In this document: in pieces, positions 19,844 through 29,221 of the stretch
Layout of the letters: each line of letters starts with the position of its first letter
How positions within the stretch are numbered: position 1 is the stretch's first letter
Origin: a bacterium
GTDB taxonomy: Bacteria > Zhuqueibacterota > Zhuqueibacteria > Zhuqueibacterales > Zhuqueibacteraceae
DNA length: 44,968 bases
Reading direction: 5' to 3'
NCBI GenBank assembly: GCA_044869275.1
Contig: JBIOXB010000005.1
Coordinates: 1 to 44,968, forward strand
Position numbers and translations under genes: made by a program
Notes under the pieces: model-generated
Databases searched by the model: none
What the model was told of the DNA's origin: nothing
The model's input: only the letters and a program-made list of their open reading frames with translations

Positions 19844-21658
19844 TCACGCCGCCGTTGCGGCCGGCCGGCTGCTTTCCCCTTTGGTGAAGGGCAGCAGCGG
19901 CTGATCGAATTTGAAGTAACCGGTTTTCAAAATCGTCTGTGTGCGTGGCTGGCGCATGAACAGCACGCAGCGCCCGACTTCCAGTTTTTTGAGAAACTCG
20001 GCATCAAAGGTGCCGCTTTCCTTTCCCGCTTCGGGCTTGCTTTTGGGAGCCGCGCTCAAGCCCAGGCGCTGTAATACCATGCGCACGCTTTCCTCGCTGC
20101 CCAGTTGAAAACAAAACAGGGCGTTGGTGTGATTGGCCAGCTCATCCACAAAGGAGGCGTGCAGTTTCAACGCGGGATTGGCGAGCTCGGCAAATGACTG
20201 GCTCGTGTAGAGCACGCTCACCCCGGCATTGCCGCACACGCGCAAAAGCTCGATGAAAGAAGGTGAAGCAAACTTGGCCAGCTCATCGACGATCAACAGC
20301 CCCTCGCCGCCCTCCTCGCTGCCGGTTTGCATGGCGGCTTGCGCGAAGCTGGTCATCATATCTTGCAGAATGAGCTGTCCCATAAAACGCATGGCCGGCG
20401 AGTTTCCTTGCAGCGGCAGCGTGAAGTAGCAATCCTTGCGTCCATGATAATCTCCAATGATTTCGATTTCCGGCTCATCTGTATCCAGCAGCCAGGCATA
20501 ATCCGCGAGACAGATTTCACGCAACATGGTGGAGAGCAGCTCGGTCTCGCTTTGGAATTTGGAGAAATTTTCCAGCGCCGCGAACAAGCCTTCGTACAGT
20601 TCCCGCTGGCGCAGCTGGCGCAGGCGGTCGTGCAAATGCGTCTTCGAGTTCAAATACTGGAAGATTTCGTCCAGGCTGACGAAACGGCCGCTTTCCTGCA
20701 CCGCGCGAATGATCAAATCCAGGTAATAAGAGGTGCGCTCTTTTTCGCCGGGCGGTGTCTCCGACCAATCCAGGCTGGCAATGATCTTCTGGCGAATCTG
20801 TGCTGCATTGCCGCGCATCACGGGATTGTAGGTCGCGGAATTTTCCACATCCGCCGGGTTGAAATACTTGACTTCGTGCCCTTGCGCCAGCGAGGTGGCA
20901 ATGGTATAGATTTTTTCGAGGTTGCGGCGCGAGCCCTTGCCATCCAAAGCGAACGTCGCGACGTTACGCCGGATTTCCTGAAACCAGATGGGGTGAATGA
21001 TGCTTTCGGTTTTGCCCGTGCCCGAAGACCCGATGACTTGCGCGTGGCCCTTGAGCCACTGGCGTTGCGCGTAGAACGGCGTGCCGCCGCGTACGAGATC
21101 GAGACCGAGAAAAATCTGATCGGGCTTGGCTCGCTCCGCAAAATGCACAAGGTCAACATCACGCACGGCGCGATTGCGCAGCGCCACTGCCTTCGACAAG
21201 GTACGAGAGATGTGCAGAGCCCGTAAAGTCCAATGCACGACAAACAGCAGCGGCAAGAAACAGAGATACAGCGCTAATAATAAAGGAACGGGCGCGACTT
21301 GCCCGCCTTGCATGAAATACAGGATCATGTTTGCCGGCCACAATACCCTTTGCGTGGCGCGGATTAAGTCATTCAAAATGAGAACGAAATAAGCCTTGAT
21401 ATTGAACAAAGCTTCACGACCGGAGGGAAACAAATCCAAAAAGAATATGCCCTTGTAAACGAGGTACGCCAGCAGCGCCAGGCCGGCGGCGATGAAGGCA
21501 ATTCTAAGCGCATTCCGGAGGCGCGGATCTATGGCCAGTTTGAAGCGGCGATAGATCAGAGGCTGTATGGCAAACTCAAAAATCCTTTCCGACACCTGCC
21601 AGGCCAGAAGAAACGGCAATGCCAAAAGGCTCAATAATACTTCACTCAGTTTTTTCAC
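19844..21658 (-). CDS. Type IV coupling protein (VirD4/TraD-like)
   Basis: N-terminal TM helices, HAQVIGSSGTGKT Walker A, DGKG, YNP, LIVDE Walker B, SQS..L; GTG start. Confidence 0.87.
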   Translation of the reverse strand: MKKLSEVLLSLLALPFLLAWQVSERIFEFAIQPLIYRRFKLAIDPRLRNALRIAFIAAGLALLAYLVYKGIFFLDLFPSGREALFNIKAYFVLILNDLIRATQRVLWPANMILYFMQGGQVAPVPLLLALYLCFLPLLFVVHWTLRALHISRTLSKAVALRNRAVRDVDLVHFAERAKPDQIFLGLDLVRGGTPFYAQRQWLKGHAQVIGSSGTGKTESIIHPIWFQEIRRNVATFALDGKGSRRNLEKIYTIATSLAQGHEVKYFNPADVENSATYNPVMRGNAAQIRQKIIASLDWSETPPGEKERTSYYLDLIIRAVQESGRFVSLDEIFQYLNSKTHLHDRLRQLRQRELYEGLFAALENFSKFQSETELLSTMLREICLADYAWLLDTDEPEIEIIGDYHGRKDCYFTLPLQGNSPAMRFMGQLILQDMMTSFAQAAMQTGSEEGGEGLLIVDELAKFASPSFIELLRVCGNAGVSVLYTSQSFAELANPALKLHASFVDELANHTNALFCFQLGSEESVRMVLQRLGLSAAPKSKPEAGKESGTFDAEFLKKLEVGRCVLFMRQPRTQTILKTGYFKFDQPLLPFTKGESSRPAATAA

Positions 21659-21912
21659 TGTGGCGTCCGCTTAGTGAAAATGCTGCCTTTTCGATTTCGG
21701 CTGCAGAAAAAAACATCCAGTCAATCGAGCCATGAACCGAGCTGTACGGCGACGAGGCTAAAGAGTCAGTGGAGAATCAACCCAGCAGAGCAACCCGCTT
21801 TCGGCGTTCGTCTCCTGCGGCGTTCTGAATCGGTGTGGGCGTTCCGTTTGTTCAACCATGCTGAACTCCCGTCCTGAAATAGTGCAAGACGATCGAACAA
21901 CACCAGACCACC

Positions 21913-21982
21913 AAAAAAGGTAGGAGATTCGGTAGTCTCCTAGCTCTTTCGCGCAGAGCTACCCAAGATCCGGAGACTACCC
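21913..21982 (-). promoter_or_regulatory. Structured 5' leader element with competing stem and intrinsic-terminator hairpin
   Basis: 10-bp stem 21981-21972/21940-21931 enclosing 7-bp hairpin 21961-21955/21947-21941; alternative 7-bp hairpin 21942-21936/21927-21921 followed by U6 (21918-21913). Confidence 0.55.
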
Positions 21983-21997
21983 CAAAGAAGTGGCGGA

Positions 21998-22026
21998 AAT
22001 ATAAGGCAGGGAAGGAAAAGAGTCAA
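21998..22026 (-). promoter_or_regulatory. Sigma70-type promoter of the T4SS operon
   Basis: TTGACT-N17-TATATT on the minus strand. Confidence 0.6.
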
Positions 22027-22064
22027 TTAAAATTTGGGGAATTTTGATGCGAAAAAGCGACAGT

Positions 22065-22439
22065 TTATGGCAGCAAAATAACGGAATCGGGATAGACGAT
22101 GGCGTAACTCAAAACGAGCGTGGAGTCATCGAGGCTGGTGCCGGTGAGGCGGAAACTCTCTTGCAGTTGCTCTGAGATCTTAAAGTTGGCGAGCGGCGTG
22201 GTGGGATCCATGCCGAGTTTTTTCCAATCGACGGTGGCGAAGGAACGGCCGCCACCCCCCATCCTGATCGGACGGAAATACCACGTTTGAGCGCGTCCGG
22301 CAATAACCAACAGCCTGTTGCGAATTTCTTCCTGATTATTAATGCTGTTTTCTTGGCGATACAATTCCATGCCGCGCACGATCGCGATGCCGACGATGAT
22401 CGTGGCCAGCACGAGATGCAATAATTGGGAATTCGCCAT
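22065..22439 (-). CDS. Small pilin-like protein (MGQQQLL-type family)
   Basis: MANSQLLHLVLATIIVGIAIV hydrophobic N-terminus and AQTWYFRP..MGGGG.SF motif, resembling pilin-like hypothetical proteins recalled from FCB-group bacteria. Confidence 0.6.
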   Translation of the reverse strand: MANSQLLHLVLATIIVGIAIVRGMELYRQENSINNQEEIRNRLLVIAGRAQTWYFRPIRMGGGGRSFATVDWKKLGMDPTTPLANFKISEQLQESFRLTGTSLDDSTLVLSYAIVYPDSVILLP

Positions 22440-22842
22440 TGTTAAGCTGTCCCCATTTTGCGGTGTGACTGTTCCGAGATAACGGCAACGGCTTCAGAAT
22501 GCGGAAAGGGAGATAGAATTATTATGAGGAAGGCTTGTTCTGCAGCGCCCTCTGCCAAAACTCCTGTCCGTCAGCCGGGATTGCTGGTCGAACCGTGAGG
22601 TGGGGAAATTCCCCCAGCCCTCGTGTGTTTCTTCAAGATCGTCGGCGCGTGAGGCCGTGACGTTCAACTCGAAAAAAGGCGGCGCAGGTGTTTCTGATTT
22701 AAAGCAATCGATGCCAAGGTGACCATCTTCTGTATCTCACCCTCGCCTGGTGGCCTTTTCACAGCACACCCACCTGCGCGTGCCCGTTACAAAACTTGTC
22801 CTGAAAGGAGCGGTGACCTACTTGCGCTCATTTCCTTCTGCG

Positions 22843-23424
22843 TTATTTCACTGCGGTTTTCACTGTGGTGTCGCCGGTGATTTGACAGGTGATGCCCATC
22901 AGTGCAATCGTCTTGGCCGTGGCATCGATTTTTTCGGCCTTGCCCACCAGCTTGGTGATTACCTCGGCGCCGGAGGCCGCCTTTAACTGCATTTCCCTGC
23001 CTTTGAAGGTGCCTGCTTTCAAATACGTGCCTTCGATCACCACGCGCATGCCCGGTTGGAGGCCGTCGAAGCTGCTGGCCGATTTGTCTTCACTTTCATA
23101 AGTGGCGTCATTTTGCATGTTGACCTGAATGCCACAAACTTCCAACTGTTTCTGGGATTTGTCCCCGATGCGAGCGATGGGCGCTTCGATTTCACAATCG
23201 TCCTCCTGCTTGGCGCCGGTGAGGACTTTGACCTCTTTGGCGATCAGGGTGCGTCCAGTGGAATCTTCCTGCATGACGCCTTTGATTTTCACCCAATGCC
23301 CGGGCTTGAGGGCGGCAAAAGGATCCGCAACCTCTGGTTGCTCGGTTTGTGAGAAGCTCGTGCTTCCCGCCAGCATGATCAGGGCGCCGGCGCACGCCGC
23401 CGCCAAGTTGATACGTGTCTTCAT
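22843..23424 (-). CDS. Secreted DUF5666-like repeat protein
   Basis: RBS aggag, signal peptide, repeated L.PG..V.I.G.....A.E.. units. Confidence 0.7.
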   Translation of the reverse strand: MKTRINLAAACAGALIMLAGSTSFSQTEQPEVADPFAALKPGHWVKIKGVMQEDSTGRTLIAKEVKVLTGAKQEDDCEIEAPIARIGDKSQKQLEVCGIQVNMQNDATYESEDKSASSFDGLQPGMRVVIEGTYLKAGTFKGREMQLKAASGAEVITKLVGKAEKIDATAKTIALMGITCQITGDTTVKTAVK

Positions 23425-23561
23425 CTTTGCTCCTAATTTAAATACTGTTGAACCAATCAATCCGCACCAGTTTTTCTGGAGAGATTTACCATGCGACGCT
23501 GCCCCTTGTGCCAACGACATTTGAAATCATGATGCACCGATCGTGAACGGGGGACCAGTCT

Positions 23562-23966
23562 CTAACCCTGCTCAAACAAATACCCCGCCCCGCGCACCGT
23601 CTTGATAAAGCGCGGATTTTCTGGATCCGGCTCGATGTGTTTGCGCAAACGCGAAATATGGTTATCGACCGTGCGCGTGGAAGGATACACCTCGTAGCCC
23701 CAAATCTCGCGTAGCAAGCGCTCGCGGGACAGCAACTCACCGGGATGCCGCACAAAATATTCCAGCAAACGGAATTCACGATTGGTCAATTCCTGTAAGC
23801 TTCCAGCTTTAAGCACTTCGTGGCGCATGCAATCGATCAGGACATTGCCGAAGCGGTACTTGTCGCTATTGTCGCTGGGCTCGGGCGGTGTACCGGTTTC
23901 TGCACGGCGCAAATGTGTGCGCTCCCGGGCCAGCAATTCGCTCTGGCTGATAAGGATTCTTTTCAT
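23562..23966 (-). CDS. OmpR/PhoB-type winged-helix DNA-binding protein lacking a receiver domain (possibly a truncated response regulator)
   Basis: LTNREFRLL, LSRERLLREIWG, TRTVDNHISRLRKHIE.DPENPRFIKTVRGAGY; only the last receiver helix (ELLAR.R..LRR) remains. Confidence 0.8.
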   Translation of the reverse strand: MKRILISQSELLARERTHLRRAETGTPPEPSDNSDKYRFGNVLIDCMRHEVLKAGSLQELTNREFRLLEYFVRHPGELLSRERLLREIWGYEVYPSTRTVDNHISRLRKHIEPDPENPRFIKTVRGAGYLFEQG

Positions 23967-24139
23967 CTGGCCACTTGGTCTCTGACAAGTTCAATGCAGC
24001 AGTGCCCAACCATGAACGCCAAGAAGATTACCGCATTGAAGAATTCTCCGCGGAACTCCCGCCGAAAAAATTTCCGCGCGTGGGCCATGACCACCAACGC
24101 TGGGAGCGTGTAGCCACGCCGGACACTTGTGGCGCAGTC

Positions 24140-24290
24140 GCACCGTCTTTTTTTCATAGAGTGAAGAAAGGAAATGGGCGAGATCGTGGGTCGGCGGTCC
24201 GATGCGCATGCTGTCCATGTACAGCCAGGCAAGTTCGTTGCCTGGCATAAGAACATGATTCACACGAAATGCGCCTGCCTCGGCACCGGC
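24140..24290 (-). pseudogene. Degenerate fragment of an APH/choline-kinase-like phosphotransferase
   Basis: GAFRVNHVLMPGNELAWLYMDSMRIGPPTHDLAHFLSSLY resembles HGDF..N.L.....LID.D....G.P..DLA.FL with catalytic Asp residues lost. Confidence 0.45.
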
Positions 24291-24374
24291 GGCCGCCGGT
24301 CTTCCCACGACGATACTCTCAAAGGCAGATTGCAGTGATTCTGATACCTGAACACTGAAAACTGCACGCTGGCC

Positions 24375-25547
24375 TCACGCCTCTTGGCGCAGGCCTTTGA
24401 TCAGGACTTCAGCGACTTCCGCGCGCGTGAATTCCGCGGGCAGGGCCTCGCCGCGTGCCAGCATGCCGCGCACTTGTGTGCCCGAGAGAATCATGTGATG
24501 CGCGCTGTCATGCGGACAGGTTTTGCTGGTCACGATCGCGCCGCATTTTTTGCAATAGAAGGAGTTTTCAAATTTCAACGGCGTGATGCCCAAGTCTTCC
24601 AAAGAGAAGCTGGAAATCAGCTTTTGCGCGTCGTAGGTGCCGTAATAATTGCCCACACCGGCGTGATCGCGGCCCACGATGAAATGTGTGCAGCCATAGT
24701 TCTTGCGACACATGGCGTGGAAAATCGCTTCGCGCGGGCCGGCATAGCGCATCGCCGCCGGAAACACGCTCAACAAGACGCGCTGCGCGGGATAATAATC
24801 GCGAATCAACACTTCGTAGCTCGCCATGCGAATATCCGCAGGAATGTCGTCCTTCTTGGTTTCGCCCACGAGCGGATGCAGCAGCAGGCCATCGACGATT
24901 TCCAGCGCGCACTTTTGGATGTATTCGTGTGCACGATGCACGGGATTGCGCGTTTGAAAACCCACGACGGAATTCCAGCCACGTTCCTGAAAAATTCGGC
25001 GCGTCGTCGCCGGATCGCGGCGGTAATCGGCAAACGTGACGCTGGAGGGAGGATTCAGCATCCACACTTCGCCGGCAAGATACACTTCGCCCTGGCCCAG
25101 CACCCGCGCCACGCCCGGATGCGCCACTTCCGCCGTGCGATACACTTCCTGCGCCTCATGCGTTTTGTCGTATTCGAATTTGTCCGAGATCGTCATCACG
25201 CCGAGAATGCGGCCGCGGCCGTTCTCGCCGCTTTCCACCAGCGCCACTTCCTCGCCGTGGTGCAAGCCTGCGGCAGTTTCTTTCGAAACCGGCAGCGTGA
25301 TCGGAATCGACCACACCGCGCCGCTGGCGAGGCGCATGTTCTTGACCACACTGTCATAGTCGGCCTTGGACATGAAACCGGTAAGCGGGCTCATGGCCCC
25401 ATTGGCGATCATCTCGAGGTCGGAGACCCCCACTTCGGACAAGGGAATTTTTTTCAAATCACCGGCACGGCGCAGCGCGGCTTCGCGCTCCTCGCCACGC
25501 AGCACGCGATCAATTAATTTTCCACCGTGCGGAATGCTGAGGGACAT
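24375..25547 (-). CDS. sat: Sulfate adenylyltransferase (ATP sulfurylase)
   Basis: [51 protein letters not shown]. Confidence 0.97.
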   Translation of the reverse strand: MSLSIPHGGKLIDRVLRGEEREAALRRAGDLKKIPLSEVGVSDLEMIANGAMSPLTGFMSKADYDSVVKNMRLASGAVWSIPITLPVSKETAAGLHHGEEVALVESGENGRGRILGVMTISDKFEYDKTHEAQEVYRTAEVAHPGVARVLGQGEVYLAGEVWMLNPPSSVTFADYRRDPATTRRIFQERGWNSVVGFQTRNPVHRAHEYIQKCALEIVDGLLLHPLVGETKKDDIPADIRMASYEVLIRDYYPAQRVLLSVFPAAMRYAGPREAIFHAMCRKNYGCTHFIVGRDHAGVGNYYGTYDAQKLISSFSLEDLGITPLKFENSFYCKKCGAIVTSKTCPHDSAHHMILSGTQVRGMLARGEALPAEFTRAEVAEVLIKGLRQEA

Positions 25548-25813
25548 GATGGGTAAATCCTCCTCTATGATTCGGGGTTGTTGGGCAGAATTTCAGTGCT
25601 TTTGAGTTTCCGCTTTTTGAGGAAAAAATCAAAATTGTCAGAAATATATACCTGCGTCAAGCGGTTTTCGCGGGAGCGCAACAACAAGTTTTGTAGAAGA
25701 GCGGAGGCGAAAAAGCGTGCCCCTGGAGACATTGAAATTCCGCTTTTGTAAGAAAGCCAAAACAAGAAAAATCACTCGATCGCTGCCTCATGATTCATTC
25801 GAGAATATTCCGT

Positions 25814-25884
25814 CTGTGTGAAACCTTCTGAAGGCCGCACCCTGAGCTTGTCGAAGGGTGTTAAGTTCAAGAATCGCAGGCTTC
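25814..25884 (+). repeat. Partial copy of the REP-containing MITE at 34891-35011
   Basis: ctgtgtgaaa...gccgcaccctgagcttgtcgaagggtgttaagttcaa..ggcttc aligns with the left part of the 34.9-kb element. Confidence 0.7.
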
Positions 25885-26035
25885 TAGGGGCCGTAATGGA
25901 GGGCTCACAGATTGAAAAGGGAGAAAAGGGTGGAAGTATGTGAATGGCAAAATATCGCCCACGGAATTAGAACGGAGATAGTTCTTGAGTTCGATTCCGT
26001 GGGAATTCGCTTTCCGTGGGCGAAAAACTTCTACT

Positions 26036-27010
26036 TCACGGTTCCGACCTCGGCCCCTTTTTCACATACACCCGGAATGTCACTTCAGAATACGAGGCCA
26101 GTACCCCAAACCCGCCTTGAATATTCCCGCGCGGCGTTTCATTGATTTGGCCCTCGCCGAATTGGCCTTGCTGATAGCGTGCGTAAACCGGATCAGTGGC
26201 GAGCAGGCGCATGGTATGCCAGCCGTAATAATAAAAATAAAGCCAGATGATGCGCGCTTTCATCGGCTGCAATTGTGGGTCGTAAGCCACATTGAATCCA
26301 AAAGGTTCTTCGCGATCTTTCAAATCTTCTTTGAAAATATTCGCGGCCGTCGTGGTATCACGAATGAGGTTGGCAAACTCGCCGTTGTCGGCGTCGGCGA
26401 TCACGCGATAGATCGTGACGCCGGGCAGATGCGGCCAAAATACCGTAAAGAAAGGCGGATCCGCGAAGCTCGCGCCTGAAACGTATTCAACCGTATCACC
26501 GCTGAAGAACAGCGGCCGCTCGCCGAAATTCGCGCCGCGATTCATCTCCAAAATACCGATTTGATTCGGTATCGTTGTCTCTGCCGTCACGGTTTGCCCC
26601 AGCGCTGACACACTCAACTCATAGGTCATGCCCGCTGTGAGGAGCAGTGAATCGCTGGGCAAGTAGTACACCCCGCCGATCTGGGCGACGACGTTGCCTT
26701 GATCGTCCTTCACCGGCGCCGGCGGATATTGCAGCAGTTGCAGCCAGCGTCCGCCCGCGGCACGAATGCGAACCACGGCGTCGGTGACGCGCGAGATCGA
26801 CAAATCGAATTTTTGCGTGATTGGAATCGTGCGGCTGACGGTGATGCTGTCGACGCCCGCGCCCAACTTGAGAAAGCCGTTGACCACGAGCTTGGTTTCA
26901 AAGCTCGGCGTCGTGGGCTGCTCGCTGCAAGAAAAAAAAGAAAAAGCCATCGCAATAAAAAGGAGCACTCGCGATGGGCTGAAGGCGACACTTCGAATTT
27001 TGTTCAACAT
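26036..27010 (-). CDS. DUF4249-like lipoprotein
   Basis: Lipobox FFSC, KLVVNGFL, ITVSRT, G.TYELSV, TAETTIP, C-terminal NIQGGFGV. Confidence 0.75.
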   Translation of the reverse strand: MLNKIRSVAFSPSRVLLFIAMAFSFFSCSEQPTTPSFETKLVVNGFLKLGAGVDSITVSRTIPITQKFDLSISRVTDAVVRIRAAGGRWLQLLQYPPAPVKDDQGNVVAQIGGVYYLPSDSLLLTAGMTYELSVSALGQTVTAETTIPNQIGILEMNRGANFGERPLFFSGDTVEYVSGASFADPPFFTVFWPHLPGVTIYRVIADADNGEFANLIRDTTTAANIFKEDLKDREEPFGFNVAYDPQLQPMKARIIWLYFYYYGWHTMRLLATDPVYARYQQGQFGEGQINETPRGNIQGGFGVLASYSEVTFRVYVKKGPRSEP

Positions 27011-27128
27011 CCGTGTTTCACCAGTTGCTTAGCCGGATAAACAGAACTACTGCACCATCACGTTAAAGACTGTGCGCTTATCATGTCATGCCGCCGTTGC
27101 GGGGTCTTGGTAGAATTGCGCACTGTGT

Positions 27129-28487
27129 TTATGCCTTGCCGTTGTGCGCGAGATAATCCAGCAGATCGATGCGCGTCATGATGCTCAACGGCTTGCGCTG
27201 GGCATCGACAACCACAGCCGCGTTGCTTTGCCGCAGCATCTCCTGCAACGTCGAAATCGGCGTTTGCAGGCCCACCACCGCGACCTGGCGATTCATACAC
27301 TTTGACACCAGGGCATGCCCATATCCGGCGCCCGAACCGATGAATTCCATCAAGTCCCCCTCGGAAACGATGCCCACGAGCACGCCGCCGGAGGTGACCG
27401 GCAATTGCGAAATCCCTTTGGCGCGCATGGTCTCCACCACTTGCGCCACGGTTTGCATGTCATCCGCGCACACCAGCGTCGGCCGCTTCGCGTCCTTGCT
27501 CAAAATATCTTGCACGCGGCCCGGCATGGGTTTGCTTTCGAAAAAGCCATTGTCGCGCATCCATTTGTCGTCGACGAATTTGGTCATGTAGTTGCGCACG
27601 CCGTCGGGCAAAACGACGACACAGTTCTGTCCGGCGTTCAGCTTCGGCGCTTTTTGCAGCGCCGCATACAAAACGGAGCCGCTCGAGCCGCCCACCAGCA
27701 AGCCTTCTTCGCGAATCAATCTGCGCGCGAGCAAAAACGAAGCCTGGTCCGTGGTTTTCACCCATTCGTCCACGACGCCGCGATCCAAAACTTCGGGAAT
27801 GAAATCGTAGCCAATGCCTTCCACTTTGTAAGTGCCGACTTCATTTCCTCCACCGAGAATCGAGCCAACCGGGTCGGCGCCGACGATCACGCAATTGGGG
27901 CAGGCCTTTTTGATGCGCCTGGCCACGCCCGTGATCGATCCGCCCGTGCCCGCGCCCATCACCACCATATCGACTTTGCCCTCGAGGTCGTCCAAAATTT
28001 CCTGCGCGGTTTCATCATGATGAACTTTGGGATTATTCGGATTGGAATACTGATCGAGAATATGCGCATTCGGCAATTCGGATTGCAACCGCCGCGCGAC
28101 GCTGAGGTGGCTTTCCGGCGAATCAAACGCCGCTTCGGTGGGCGTGCGAATGATTTCTGCGCCCAGAGCCTCGAGCACGACCTGTTTCTCGCGGCTCATT
28201 TTTTCTGGCATGGTGATGATCACGCGATAGCCGCGCACGGCGCCCGCCAGCGCAATCCCAATTCCGGTGTTGCCGCTGGTCGGCTCGATCAGAGTATCGC
28301 CCGGCCGGATACGGCCCTCGCGCTCCGCTGCCTCGACCATCGACTTTCCGATGCGATCTTTCAAAGAACCACCGGGGTTGAGATACTCGCATTTGCCAAA
28401 AAGATTGCAAGGCAGAGCCGTACCGACGCGATGCAATCTCACCATCGGCGTTCTGCCGATGGCTTGGAGGATGGATTCTAAAACCAT
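27129..28487 (-). CDS. Cystathionine beta-synthase (PLP enzyme with C-terminal CBS pair)
   Basis: KCEYLNPGGSLKDRIG, EPTSGNTGIG, GAGTGGS, YKVEGIGYDFIP, PDGVRNYMTKF.DD.WM, plus two CBS domains. Confidence 0.93.
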   Translation of the reverse strand: MVLESILQAIGRTPMVRLHRVGTALPCNLFGKCEYLNPGGSLKDRIGKSMVEAAEREGRIRPGDTLIEPTSGNTGIGIALAGAVRGYRVIITMPEKMSREKQVVLEALGAEIIRTPTEAAFDSPESHLSVARRLQSELPNAHILDQYSNPNNPKVHHDETAQEILDDLEGKVDMVVMGAGTGGSITGVARRIKKACPNCVIVGADPVGSILGGGNEVGTYKVEGIGYDFIPEVLDRGVVDEWVKTTDQASFLLARRLIREEGLLVGGSSGSVLYAALQKAPKLNAGQNCVVVLPDGVRNYMTKFVDDKWMRDNGFFESKPMPGRVQDILSKDAKRPTLVCADDMQTVAQVVETMRAKGISQLPVTSGGVLVGIVSEGDLMEFIGSGAGYGHALVSKCMNRQVAVVGLQTPISTLQEMLRQSNAAVVVDAQRKPLSIMTRIDLLDYLAHNGKA

Positions 28488-28543
28488 GATGTGACCTCGC
28501 AGATGACGTCCAAAATTTCAAATAAATTCAAACAACAGACCGG

Positions 28544-29221
28544 TCAAGCAGTTTTGTTTGAAGCAGTTTTGCAAATCTCTTCGATACAATCATAAAGCTG
28601 TTTAAAGTGCTTGCAGCGCAGTAGTTCGGAAACACGGAGCGAAGGAAGCAGATTCAACAGATGATCCGGCGTATAAATCATGCCGCATTGCTCAAAGAGA
28701 TTCTTGAGCAATAGCTTTGGATTTTCAAGTTTCTCGGGTTCATTTTCACGTTTCGCTTTGTTCATAGCACCGAGATATTCGTTCAGTTTTTGATCATCTG
28801 CCAAAATCCAAGCTTCGATGGCCTGAACCGCGAACATGATATGAACACGAGAAAACTCCTGCTCTCCGATTTTTTTGAGGATTTTGTTCTCAATTTGACG
28901 CCTAAGGCCTCTGATTTTATTGCTGTCGCTGGTGTCCGCGTCTCGCATCGTGATGAAGTAAACTTCGAACTCATCGCGGCGATGTCGAAATGACTCAAAG
29001 GTGTTTTTGACGAGTGGAGCGAGCTTTTTCATAAACTCGTCTTTGCCGTTAAAACCACGTGGCTCAACCTCCACCAGCCCATTTTTGATCGCTTCAATGT
29101 TATTACGCAAAAGTTCCATGAGGGCTCGCGCATCGACACTGTATTGCCTGGCTGACTTCGCTGGCTTGGTGGCCGCCCACCGCAGGCTTTCGGAACATAA
29201 AATTATTCTTTGCTTCACCAT
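28544..29221 (-). CDS. DUF4276/RloB-like (TOPRIM-like) protein
   Basis: LCSE near the N-terminus, RDAD (DxD), AVQAIEAWILAD, EPEKLENPK; ATG overlaps the ATPase stop. Confidence 0.7.
   Translation of the reverse strand: MVKQRIILCSESLRWAATKPAKSARQYSVDARALMELLRNNIEAIKNGLVEVEPRGFNGKDEFMKKLAPLVKNTFESFRHRRDEFEVYFITMRDADTSDSNKIRGLRRQIENKILKKIGEQEFSRVHIMFAVQAIEAWILADDQKLNEYLGAMNKAKRENEPEKLENPKLLLKNLFEQCGMIYTPDHLLNLLPSLRVSELLRCKHFKQLYDCIEEICKTASNKTA

Noticed and set aside
21674..21990. Match of the T4SS leader to known riboswitches (c-di-GMP, c-di-AMP, SAM) or 6S RNA
   Set aside because: Diagnostic conserved sequence blocks were not found by eye; left as an unclassified structured leader
22701..22718. 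Sigma-54 promoter-like TGGCATCGATTGC on the minus strand
   Set aside because: GG-to-GC spacing is 8 nt instead of the required 10
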